From a virus: a stretch of 64,000 nt of DNA. Under the pieces are notes generated by a model. That model saw only the letters and a list, made by a program, of their open reading frames with translations. It was not told where the DNA came from and ran no database searches. Below, piece by piece: positions 37,901-46,191 of this stretch (positions are counted from its first letter, which is position 1; each line of letters begins with the position of its first letter). A program made the position numbers and the translations under genes. Where the stretch lies: positions 32,001 to 96,000 of the IMG/VR virus record IMGVR_UViG_3300035670_000044. One strand, given 5' to 3'.

Positions 37901-38456
37901 CCTGTCTCGTAATAACCTGAGCACCGAAACAATACGAAGTATTGTATCAGAGATTGCCGATCTCGACGCTTTGAGAAAGTTCAGCAACTGCAGGGTTAGA
38001 TTATCTTTAAATAAACTAGACCCTAGTAATCGCTATTCCAACTACACCCAGAACGAAGTATTCCCTGTTACCGTTTTGTCAGGATCAGGCATTGTCACGT
38101 CTCTCTCTCGCAACGAGTTGTTTAAGGTATTTACTGAGACGACTATCACTAACCCGGATGGAACTACAACAACCGAGCGTGTTCAAACGGGAACTATTAC
38201 TGTGAGTGTCCCAGGAGCTTTGGTGGGTAATGTATATTATAAAACCAAAACGGATAGTGCTCAGGTTGCTCAGGAGAACCCAGTCGCGTTAAAGTTTAAA
38301 ACTTTACGGGGCATATTAGTAGACCTAGGTTTCACTTACGTTTCCCCTAGTACAACACCAGTAATTACATCAACAGTTTACAGTAACGTCACCACTCGCT
38401 ACCAGTCAATCCTTGATCATACTGATTATGATCCAGCCGACCTAGTTAACCCTTAA
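34902..38456 (+). CDS. Large protein with dispersed leucine-rich repeats
   Basis: LRSLDLAS, LTSLSLGD, LTSLNTSYSNLTG, LQVFRASNCKLSG, LDLSSNMISG, IDLSRNNLS. Confidence 0.7.
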   Translation: MSESQFTSFGRFSRPDIGLTSDSTRNLAEIFDSDKREALRNILIRPEILDSLYKVSENITREDLRSASGLSRLLLPSLNQLDEITNDRVPTRLYVDKEFYAPDTALGGIGSPALNTPNVILLNGSVQCEGVQYRANTIGDRLFTNPNRVNVSLSTSRASLFNSETDPENTGYFLSARYPGSIRVRRRSHVNRILIPKTSFLTKPPLLENPTHSIQVNVDNGNTGTITPVRLLATKNTPLRVYCRMSTGRVTFKFTDSASPYFFGYQIQPAQQRPNSPPVEFLPVAPVSQQSGSATFVLNIDITTTGYQNLYDLYLYLYVNPEKVSGIEFSGIDIREFPDRKDLGLIGFNNLRDFRVSDGSMTILPLWLKTLRTSLRSLDLASTGDTWRNGPMGWFDIRDSSAIPSFTHPLYTAVSYLTLPKSGTLINEVGDDWNGSSGSGGTRVTGIFEKYIRNQSRTPGTDYRQFTELTSLSLGDKFLGRSPRFDDVFPNLLRLSWSRPNGSRTYRFLFGSLPKINNNGSVIDYNISGSGAVGGIVDIGTSTTPSNNGHISKYKMSTFNVAGYFSVRNNISGYINNPEEDWSSWRTTTTSIDYTYTGSGLRINLQSGTWENLVSLSASFSGGTLLSGDSSPLNTPKLRLLSLYGSGTTGPVFKLGSVSNTSALESINIGACNSISPTVSVGINYLLPFNFAESRNPGNEHRLTTFSISYFAPLYRFRNRDLDNLYNLTSLNTSYSNLTGKYPVFPLKRLFDTDTKSVSIQSENSSFYDLRNLSINQSNFYFSRDVRNLIVWGQNSAGGGALIPSFEGTSTSSIQTINVSNSQPSIYRSDWSAPNQRNSCVRDDDPATVISGLSISRSVQPDPDDSVYTLTGASNFRQLVQVGDSVRSSVNGSILARVLSISDSSVIIDSNIPDPLPTSLYFTRQTNSISNWFGSGFSSLQVFRASNCKLSGTLNIRSGFGSIRDDSLPALDLSSNMISGYTVGGLGRIFSGNSRRITIDLSRNNLSTETIRSIVSEIADLDALRKFSNCRVRLSLNKLDPSNRYSNYTQNEVFPVTVLSGSGIVTSLSRNELFKVFTETTITNPDGTTTTERVQTGTITVSVPGALVGNVYYKTKTDSAQVAQENPVALKFKTLRGILVDLGFTYVSPSTTPVITSTVYSNVTTRYQSILDHTDYDPADLVNP

Positions 38457-38460
38457 CTCC

Positions 38461-40098
38461 ATGTCATCCGGACTTTTTAGCAAAAACAACTTATCAGAAA
38501 ACGGACTTAACGCTGTCGATGCTTTACAGAAGCTGTATGGACCCCAGGTGCAGGAGGACATCAGTTTGTTCGCGTTTTCGGGGAGGCTGGAGTCCAGGGT
38601 TTCCTCGGACAACCAGTTGTATGGGTTAGTTAACGAGTCTATTTCTGACTCAAGCGGAAACGTATCCCCTCGTACTAAGTTTATCACAAACACTTTTACC
38701 TTTTCAGAAAACAATCTGGTGTGGATAGACCGGTCGGAGGGCTATGTCCTCGACAAACGAGCATCTGGTGAGCAGAGTACCGGAGCCCCGGTGAAGTTCT
38801 CGGTCAACGGGTCAGTGGTCAATACGGAGTTTGTGGGCACGGGAACCCAGTACGAGGTCAGGAATGGTTCGGGTGTTCTAGTCCCACTACCAGCTACGGT
38901 AAACGTCAACCTCGCAGGGGTTGAGTCCGGATCACGTAGCTGCGTCGTCCAGGTAACTGTCAACGCGAACGGCACTTTAAGCCGGCCTGGAGTGACAGTG
39001 CTGACCCCCGGGTCAGGATATATCGACAACGAGCTTCTCGAGCCTGTACCGGCCTGTAACCCCCATGACGATCCGTCCGAAGACAAATGTATGAGGTATA
39101 CTGGAAACTCCCTATACCACGTCACCTATAACCAAAATACAGGTACCCAGGGATATAAAGCCCTTCTCCGGAACACTAAGTACCAGTATACCGTTAAATT
39201 TTCTGGCCCGGATGGCTTTTTCTTGTACGACAACAAAGTCTCGGAATGGGTGTACTTAGGGGTAAGTTATAATACGACCCAGGTATTACCTAAACTCCCA
39301 GTACCTGTACTTCAAATTAACAGATACGATACAATATATCCCCAAAACCTTACTCATCTGTATAAGCTGGATGCCAAGTCCTTGTTCTTCTCTTACGGGG
39401 ATTCCTATCAACCTGAGGGCAACCTTAGCTCCAGTATCCGTTCTATATCTCAATCGGTCGAGGATATCAGTTCTTCACTCCAGACTTTCCCCCAAAACGT
39501 CAGGATCCAGGCAAAAATTGGTGATACCACCAATGACTTGGGCATCCCGTATAACATTTTGTCCGGCCAAAATATTCGATCGGATTACCGGGTCATCTTC
39601 AGGGATCCAGACGGTGTCCTGGACAACCCATCTCTTAGTTTTTTCACCCTTAGAAACCTTAATCAGCCAGGAGAGGTGAGATCGGGAAATGTTTCCGTCC
39701 CTGGAATATGGCTTTTCACTGGTGACAAATATCAAAGAGTATTTAGCTCAGACGATAAGCCGTTTTTTAGCCAGTCGAACATGGATTACCTCAGCCCGAT
39801 ACTAAGTAAGTTTAGTTCCGGGTCAGTCGTTTCCGTCTCGTCGTCGGGTGAGTATAAATATGGCATTAGCGCTGGATACTATAAACCCAACGAACCACTA
39901 AACAATACATCTGTTAGAGGATTTAACACCTCCGTCGGTACGTTGATTCAGAATCTATCCCTTACATTAAACAATGGCGGATTTGTTTATCACCGAACTC
40001 TACCAGTAACCACAGTACGTGGGAACATTAAGTCCTGGCCGTTGTTCTCCTACCGGGACGGAGTCTCGACACTCGACGCAAAATTTCTAGCTATCTAG
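38461..40098 (+). CDS. Putative virion structural protein
   Basis: GLFSKNNLSE N-terminus; VTVLTPGSGY motif; co-oriented with 34902. Confidence 0.65.
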   Translation: MSSGLFSKNNLSENGLNAVDALQKLYGPQVQEDISLFAFSGRLESRVSSDNQLYGLVNESISDSSGNVSPRTKFITNTFTFSENNLVWIDRSEGYVLDKRASGEQSTGAPVKFSVNGSVVNTEFVGTGTQYEVRNGSGVLVPLPATVNVNLAGVESGSRSCVVQVTVNANGTLSRPGVTVLTPGSGYIDNELLEPVPACNPHDDPSEDKCMRYTGNSLYHVTYNQNTGTQGYKALLRNTKYQYTVKFSGPDGFFLYDNKVSEWVYLGVSYNTTQVLPKLPVPVLQINRYDTIYPQNLTHLYKLDAKSLFFSYGDSYQPEGNLSSSIRSISQSVEDISSSLQTFPQNVRIQAKIGDTTNDLGIPYNILSGQNIRSDYRVIFRDPDGVLDNPSLSFFTLRNLNQPGEVRSGNVSVPGIWLFTGDKYQRVFSSDDKPFFSQSNMDYLSPILSKFSSGSVVSVSSSGEYKYGISAGYYKPNEPLNNTSVRGFNTSVGTLIQNLSLTLNNGGFVYHRTLPVTTVRGNIKSWPLFSYRDGVSTLDAKFLAI

Positions 40099-43000
40099 CT
40101 TAACGTAGGCGTAGTAAGAGTCTTTCACTTTTTCTTGATTACCGATATGCTCCAAGACATCTTCGTCATAGACGGAGGGATCTAGAGGTACTTCAATTTT
40201 CATTCGGTGTGTGTAGTCGTTAGACAGCAAAGTTACCGGTGTTGACAGAGTCTGAATAGCGCTAAGACCATTAAACTCCAGCTTCTCCGTAACCGTCAAA
40301 GTGTTACCACCAAGTCCTGACTTAGTGTGATCACCCCACAGGACATCGTAGTTCCCTGGGGGTTTGTTATCATATAAGTTAGTGTCACTGATTGCAATCT
40401 CAGAGAGCAATGGATTACCAATAGCATAGGGAGGATAACACAGTCCTCCACCATACTCAGGCAGGTCAAATCCAAATGGTGCAACTCTGTCAGAGGGTGG
40501 TTTAGGGAGTTCGCTGGCTACGGAATCTAGCCCAGGGTTGTAAGTTATCTTGAGGACATCGCTAAAGGATAGACCCTCACCCGTGTCTACAAATCCAAAC
40601 TGAAACGCAATATTTTCTTCTGTATAGAACCTGACAAACTTCCCGTTAAACAGTGAAAGTTCGCTACCGCCAGCCAAAATCGATGCAAGGGTAGTTGTGA
40701 ATACGACTAGTTCGTAACCGTTCACTGTCTCTTTACCTACGGATAGAGTCAGGGGTGCTACGAAACTCCTTACGTTCGTCGTGAACCCAGAATCGTCTGC
40801 CACCTGTATAGCCGTAACTGTTATCGGTGAGATCCAGGCCGAACTTGAAAAGGCGGGGAGTCCGATAGAGGTCGGATTGTCGCTGGATGTTACTGTACCA
40901 GGAGTAGTGTGCAGATAATACTTACCCGATGTCAGGTACATCCTGGCCGAATTTGAGACAGTATTAGCAAACGCCACCGTTTTGTGATTAGGGTCTCCGC
41001 CCAGGTCATTAGCCCCCAACGTATTTGTTCCTGTGAACGTCGAGTTGTTAACCGGAAAACCTGACAGAACCATCCGACCGCCTTCCCCTAACCGATTAGG
41101 TGTCAACCTAAGCCCGATGTAGTTTGATCCACGATTGTCAGAGACACCGTACCTAGCCTCACCCAATATAATATTGGGTTTGTTACTATACACACCCGAT
41201 CCGTTCCCGTATAGCCCGATTCCAGTAGCCGAAGACTGAAGTGACGATTTAAACGAGTTAGGGATCATCCCGTCCAAAGGTGTGTTGGTTTTTGATACCG
41301 TCGACCCACGGTCAAACGGATGACCCTCAGTAATTTTCCACCAGTTCGGACGGGAATTATAGGGTCTCTTTTGAATGTTAGGGGTATAACTGCCATCTAC
41401 CATGTCGGCGTAAGTCTTATGGCTGACCGAAGGAGATGCGATGCGGCCTTTCCACAAAGCGTTCAGGTTTTCGTTGAATTGGCTAGGGCGGTTAGGAGAG
41501 ATTTTTAAGGTGTACGTACCGGAAGTCAATCCTGTTATCGTACTGGACACAGTAGTACCGTTAGTGGTTAAGGTTATAGCAACCGGATCCGGTAACACAT
41601 TATCGTCTTTAGCCACCAAACCATATGTTACCGACGCATTAGCATCCTGTAGGATGGAGATGATCCGGTTCAGCGTACCGCTTGTTATCGACCACGAGCC
41701 ATCCGTACCGGAGAGAGTGATATTATGCTCTTCACTGTAAAACGTTGTAGCCGACGGTACAGTTGTAGTTTTAATAAACAGATTGGGTTCGGTGGGAATG
41801 ATGACGTTTCTGTCCGCTTTATCCGGTCCACCTCGAAACATGCGGATGGTGATTGGAACATAAGAGACCCAGTCGTCTACACCAGAACCTGTAACATACT
41901 TAAATAGACTATTAACCCCCGCCGTGCTGAATGTTTCCGAAGAAACATAAGTGTCCTCATTTTCTTTTGCCGACACGCCCCTTGTATTAAAAACATTCAC
42001 CCAATACGGGCTGGTTGCACCTATACCCAAATCGATTCGGATGTCTACATTTGTCTGAACTTGCAGTCCGTAGATCCCAGGACCTATCCTGAGATATCCG
42101 TCCCACCTTACCCCCCAGTTATACTGTTCTCCTCGCAGTGGTGATGGGTTATCAAACCACTTCATGTTGGAGTCTTCGGTGACGCTATTTTCGCCAATCA
42201 ATTCTTGTTCCGTAGCCGTCCACCTTGTATCGACATACCCTTTACTATACCAATACCCCCTTTGAACAGACGGGACGACAACTCCGTTCTCGCTACGGAG
42301 GACTCGTGCAGATGTATCTGGATCGATATCGTCCGCCCCGTAGGCTAAAGATATCTCCGGATCTCCCGGCATCTGCCCATACCACTCCGGGACATTCAGG
42401 GTGGAGTAAGGTCTGGTAAGGAGGAATGACGCAGTGACGAATACAGTGTTGGTTAGCAGGTTACGGATGCTGGTTAGATTGGCTAGACCTTCTTCTACCG
42501 TCCATGCTGTTCCCGTTAGTCGTAGTGATATGCCGGAGCCAGATAGAGGTATACTTCCGCCCCGACCCGGTATCGTATACCCGTCTAAGTCCAGGACTAC
42601 AGACGTCTCCGTGCCAAGCACGTTAGAAGGCAAGATATTTGTGACATTGTCCGGACCTTTCAGGCTAGAAACGGTTACATTGGATCCGGTAAACGAAAAT
42701 TTAACGTACCCGATCACCTCAGGATCCGGATTTCGGTAGAATTGCGCGTCTGGGCCGCTGTGGAGTTCAGGAAAACTACCTTCTCCGTAGAAGGAGTTAG
42801 CGAGAGACAGGCGGTCTTCGATCCGGATTCGGGGGGTGATAGAGACCGTACTGCCCAGTGTGCCACCTCCAACACTAGCTCCGGACAATGGCAACAGAAA
42901 CTGTTTATCGATTCCCTCGTCAATAAAACTCTCAGTTACAGACCAGTCTACCCCAGTATAAGGCCCTCCGTACTGATTTCTCTCCCCTGTATCGGTTTCG

Positions 43001-43188
43001 GACAGCTTATCCAGCACATTGTCTAGGGCCTCCGCCGGACTATCCACATCTTCCAACGCAGCCGATCTCTTCAGGCCGATGAAATTCGAGTCACCCTCCC
43101 GCCTCGGAGACTTACCTCGCAACTTCTTTAATACTGTCGATTCTCCGGATGTGAAAAGACCTGGGGTTTTATCGATCCGGGTTGCCAT
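40087..43188 (-). CDS. Large virion protein with a PA14-like domain
   Basis: NWGVRWDGYLRI.PGIYGLQVQTNVDIRIDL...VPITIRMF resembles PA14; Ser/Thr/Gly-rich. Confidence 0.65.
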   Translation of the reverse strand: MATRIDKTPGLFTSGESTVLKKLRGKSPRREGDSNFIGLKRSAALEDVDSPAEALDNVLDKLSETDTGERNQYGGPYTGVDWSVTESFIDEGIDKQFLLPLSGASVGGGTLGSTVSITPRIRIEDRLSLANSFYGEGSFPELHSGPDAQFYRNPDPEVIGYVKFSFTGSNVTVSSLKGPDNVTNILPSNVLGTETSVVLDLDGYTIPGRGGSIPLSGSGISLRLTGTAWTVEEGLANLTSIRNLLTNTVFVTASFLLTRPYSTLNVPEWYGQMPGDPEISLAYGADDIDPDTSARVLRSENGVVVPSVQRGYWYSKGYVDTRWTATEQELIGENSVTEDSNMKWFDNPSPLRGEQYNWGVRWDGYLRIGPGIYGLQVQTNVDIRIDLGIGATSPYWVNVFNTRGVSAKENEDTYVSSETFSTAGVNSLFKYVTGSGVDDWVSYVPITIRMFRGGPDKADRNVIIPTEPNLFIKTTTVPSATTFYSEEHNITLSGTDGSWSITSGTLNRIISILQDANASVTYGLVAKDDNVLPDPVAITLTTNGTTVSSTITGLTSGTYTLKISPNRPSQFNENLNALWKGRIASPSVSHKTYADMVDGSYTPNIQKRPYNSRPNWWKITEGHPFDRGSTVSKTNTPLDGMIPNSFKSSLQSSATGIGLYGNGSGVYSNKPNIILGEARYGVSDNRGSNYIGLRLTPNRLGEGGRMVLSGFPVNNSTFTGTNTLGANDLGGDPNHKTVAFANTVSNSARMYLTSGKYYLHTTPGTVTSSDNPTSIGLPAFSSSAWISPITVTAIQVADDSGFTTNVRSFVAPLTLSVGKETVNGYELVVFTTTLASILAGGSELSLFNGKFVRFYTEENIAFQFGFVDTGEGLSFSDVLKITYNPGLDSVASELPKPPSDRVAPFGFDLPEYGGGLCYPPYAIGNPLLSEIAISDTNLYDNKPPGNYDVLWGDHTKSGLGGNTLTVTEKLEFNGLSAIQTLSTPVTLLSNDYTHRMKIEVPLDPSVYDEDVLEHIGNQEKVKDSYYAYVKLDS

Positions 43189-43215
43189 GGAAAACTATTC
43201 CGCTGCTACTTTAAT

Positions 43216-43242
43216 GCTTTCAACGAAAAACCCGTTGAAGGC
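43216..43242. promoter_or_regulatory. Divergent motif pair: GTTGAAAGC (-, 43224-43216) and GTTGAAGGC-N4-TAGG (+, 43234)
   Basis: 36 nt before ATG 43188 and 28 nt before ATG 43262. Confidence 0.7.
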
Positions 43243-43261
43243 AAAGTAGGTGGCAAGTACT

Positions 43262-43516
43262 ATGACACAGAAAATACTGAAGGCGACCGAGAGTACGGCG
43301 TTCCTGGTGGGTCAAATTATCTTTTGTTTGGCATTTCTATCCTCCTGCGAGATTCCAAACTGGGTATATGGTCCACGATTACCCAATGAATGTGTTGACA
43401 GGTGGATGTTCGCGACAGGATTGTTCGTGCCTTCCGGGCTACAAGCCGGGCTAGGGAACAGCTCCCCAGCCCGGACGAAACGCCCTACCCCTCGTACAGA
43501 TCCCGATACGATTTAA
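43262..43516 (+). CDS. Small membrane protein or lipoprotein
   Basis: Hydrophobic AFLVGQIIFCLAFLSSC with a lipobox-like LSSC, then a second hydrophobic stretch. Confidence 0.55.
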   Translation: MTQKILKATESTAFLVGQIIFCLAFLSSCEIPNWVYGPRLPNECVDRWMFATGLFVPSGLQAGLGNSSPARTKRPTPRTDPDTI

Positions 43517-44237
43517 TCACCTCTCTGACGAATTCCGATCGCACAATGTCGTCCATTCCGAATTCAACACAGCCAACAAACCCCTCCAGATGGGAGAGGC
43601 GAGACCTCGCATCGGACAGGCCATCCTTCCCGTAACGGTTAGCCAGGTCACGTTGGATGACATCACCGAGCAGGGCGATAGTGCTGTGATCTCCTAGACG
43701 AGAGAGGATCGTCAGCACGGAGTGGCTGGTAGCATTCTGCATCTCGTCAGCGATAATCATGCAGCGGTGCAAAGAGCGACCCCTTAGGTGTTCGATTGGC
43801 AAAAATTCGATGATCTTCTTGTCGACCAGGTAATCCGCCTTGCCCTTGGCCATAAACACACTCAGAGCATCGCGTAGGGAAGCTATGTGCGGCTCAAGTT
43901 TTTCCATCTCCGAGCCTGGCAAATACCCAATACCCTTCTCTCCCGGCGTATCGACAATCGGCTTGATGTAGTAAATTTTATCTATCTGCCTCTTCTGCAA
44001 CTTTTCGCACGCGATAAACACCGACAACAGGGTTTTGGCTGTACCTGGGGGCCCCGTAAGTACCGTCAGCGTCTTATGCCGCAAGTGGTCCAGAGCCTCT
44101 TTCTGACTCTCATTCATCGGGTGAATGGTCCGGACACCATCCCCCCGTGTCGCCGGCAACCCGTATGCAATCTCATCGTATCCTGGTACCGAAGCCTCTG
44201 TCACTTTGTCCTTGCGAGTCCTTGCTGCTCGAGCCAT
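43485..44237 (-). CDS. phoH: PhoH family ATPase
   Basis: GPPGTAKT, IGYLPGSEMEKLEP, HLRGRSL, IIADEMQN, SRLG, GDVIQRD, DIVRS. Confidence 0.93.
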   Translation of the reverse strand: MARAARTRKDKVTEASVPGYDEIAYGLPATRGDGVRTIHPMNESQKEALDHLRHKTLTVLTGPPGTAKTLLSVFIACEKLQKRQIDKIYYIKPIVDTPGEKGIGYLPGSEMEKLEPHIASLRDALSVFMAKGKADYLVDKKIIEFLPIEHLRGRSLHRCMIIADEMQNATSHSVLTILSRLGDHSTIALLGDVIQRDLANRYGKDGLSDARSRLSHLEGFVGCVEFGMDDIVRSEFVREVIKSYRDLYEG

Positions 44238-44253
44238 TAGGGTTAGTAGTTAC

Positions 44254-44297
44254 AAAAAAAAACCGGACGGCAACACACGATGTGCATTACAGTCCGG
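44254..44297 (-). terminator. Long hairpin plus T9 directly upstream of phoH
   Basis: CCGGACTGTAATGCAC-ATC-GTGTGTTGCCGTCCGG (15 of 16 pairs, including G-U) followed by nine T. Confidence 0.6.
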
Positions 44298-44351
44298 CAG
44301 GAGTTGGATTTCTTTTGGGTCAAAGGTGTTTCCTCATCCCTTACTGAGCTT

Positions 44352-44945
44352 TCACCAACTAAATCCCGAAGCCATATCGAGAGTCGGAGTGTTACCGGCC
44401 AAATGTCCAGGCAGCCTGTGCACACGAGTCCTATGGATAAGTGTCTTTGACTCCAAGTACTGATTGGTATGCTTGTAGTAAGATTCGTGCTCAAGACGAC
44501 GTTTTTCAAGTTGACTGTGGACCCAGTAATCCGTACATTCTGGCCATTGCTCGCGGATTTCTTCCTCGTGCCTGGTCCGGATTGCTGTATCCCACTCATG
44601 CTCGATGAGAACAATACTCAGACGGGTCGACATGCCCAGCAGAACTGACTCTGGCTCCGTGGCAACATAGTCTGGGACCGGTGATAACTGGTACCGGTAA
44701 GGCTCGTAGAACAAAGTGTCGGATACGAACCTATCGAGAATAAGGTAATCGACCTCCGTATCCTTAGTACTGATCCAGAACAGCGTGTCAACAAACTGCT
44801 GTACTGGACTGTGGTCTTTGGGTCTTACACTGCCGAAATGATACACAGCCACTGAGTGACCCCCACCCTCAAGATACTTTCGAGAGTTCCGTATGGCGGT
44901 TGTTTTCCCCACCCTATCCGCCCCCAGCACAATCACTGAATCCAT
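44352..44945 (-). CDS. P-loop nucleoside monophosphate kinase (thymidylate kinase-like)
   Basis: VIVLGADRVGKTT; LILDRFVSDTLFY. Confidence 0.75.
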   Translation of the reverse strand: MDSVIVLGADRVGKTTAIRNSRKYLEGGGHSVAVYHFGSVRPKDHSPVQQFVDTLFWISTKDTEVDYLILDRFVSDTLFYEPYRYQLSPVPDYVATEPESVLLGMSTRLSIVLIEHEWDTAIRTRHEEEIREQWPECTDYWVHSQLEKRRLEHESYYKHTNQYLESKTLIHRTRVHRLPGHLAGNTPTLDMASGFSW

Positions 44946-44988
44946 AGCAATACCTCAATACCCCTCCACCCTAGCACGGATCCGGCTC

Positions 44989-44997
44989 GTTGAAAGC
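44989..44997 (+). promoter_or_regulatory. GTTGAAAGC putative late promoter
   Basis: 35 nt before ATG 45024. Confidence 0.7.
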
Positions 44998-45023
44998 CAT
45001 ATATAGTAGATAGCTAAACTGCC

Positions 45024-45353
45024 ATGACCGTTCCTCTTGTCCGTTGGGGAGTTCGTTTTACCGCTAACACTTTGCGCCGCCAACAATACATACAGGACCT
45101 GTACAATAACGACGAGACATCTGCAAAACGTGGAGAACTGTTCCTCAATGAGGTGCACGAAGAGCTGTACTATGTGGGGTTGGACGGTATTGCGAAGACT
45201 GTGAATGGCACGGGTCCCATCCCCTTTGGCCGTATCGACTTCACGGGCTTGCGGAACTTTGCCGACGACGCCGCTGCCGCTGCCGCCACCCCGGCCGTCC
45301 CGGTAGGTGGCATGTATCGCACAGGGAGTATTTTGAAAGTCAGAGTCGTATAG
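45024..45353 (+). CDS. Small virion/fibre-type protein
   Basis: GELFLN..ELYY and FADDAAAAAA..VPVGGMYRTGSILKVRV fibre-type motifs. Confidence 0.65.
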   Translation: MTVPLVRWGVRFTANTLRRQQYIQDLYNNDETSAKRGELFLNEVHEELYYVGLDGIAKTVNGTGPIPFGRIDFTGLRNFADDAAAAAATPAVPVGGMYRTGSILKVRVV

Positions 45354-45359
45354 GGACCC

Positions 45360-45368
45360 GTTGAAAGC
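45360..45368 (+). promoter_or_regulatory. GTTGAAAGC putative late promoter
   Basis: 56 nt before ATG 45416. Confidence 0.65.
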
Positions 45369-45415
45369 TATATGAGAATTAATGTTTACAGGGTCTATTC
45401 CCAACAACGTCAGCC

Positions 45416-46183
45416 ATGTCCGTAACCACCTTAAAGCGCCTAATCGGTATTGAATACAGCTATAAGCTTGAGCTCCAGTCTTGGTTCAGCACTGTGCTGG
45501 CCGATGAGCTTCTGGTCGGCTGGAGCTCTGGTACCAACACCCCCGCAGTCAGAACCGACCTGTTGAATAAGTTTGTGGCTTGCGGACCTAGCATGGGCTT
45601 CTCAGCCAAACAATTCGCCTACGGTATACTTGAGCTTGTAATCGACGCTCTCGTGAACAACGTCGATGTGCCCACCGACCCGTACGTCAACTCCCTCAAC
45701 TCCCAACTCGTTAATGTCACCCGGTACGTCGGCATGGAGGGCGATGGTGACTACAATTTCATGGTGGCCGTCTACAACCTCAGCGTCACCCTCGACTCGA
45801 TCTTCACCAATGTGGCGTCGGTTAACAACGCACCGGCAGGTACTAATAAGACCATCACGATGGTACGGAGTACTGTCTATACATTCGCTGCTGCCGACTT
45901 TGGCTTTACCGACCCCCTCGACAATCCAGCCGACGACCTTCTCGCCGTAAAGATTACCACCCTGCCCGCAGCCGGCACCTTGAAACTAGTTTCTACTAAC
46001 GTTGTTGCTGGAAACTCCATTCCTCTCGCTAGCATCGGATCCCTCAACTATACCCCTGTCGCTGCTGCGTTTGGTTCCCCTTACTCCACGTTCACGTTCC
46101 AGGTACAGGATGACGGTGGTACGGCGGGTGGTGGTGTCGATCTAGACGCTACCCCCAACACCATCACATTTAACGTAACCTGA
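45416..46183 (+). CDS. Virion protein with a C-terminal cadherin-like/Ig domain
   Basis: VNNAPAGT..YTFAAADFGFTDP.D..LLAVKITTLPAAGTL..LNYTP..FTFQVQDDGGT. Confidence 0.7.
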   Translation: MSVTTLKRLIGIEYSYKLELQSWFSTVLADELLVGWSSGTNTPAVRTDLLNKFVACGPSMGFSAKQFAYGILELVIDALVNNVDVPTDPYVNSLNSQLVNVTRYVGMEGDGDYNFMVAVYNLSVTLDSIFTNVASVNNAPAGTNKTITMVRSTVYTFAAADFGFTDPLDNPADDLLAVKITTLPAAGTLKLVSTNVVAGNSIPLASIGSLNYTPVAAAFGSPYSTFTFQVQDDGGTAGGGVDLDATPNTITFNVT

Positions 46184-46191
46184 GACACAGA

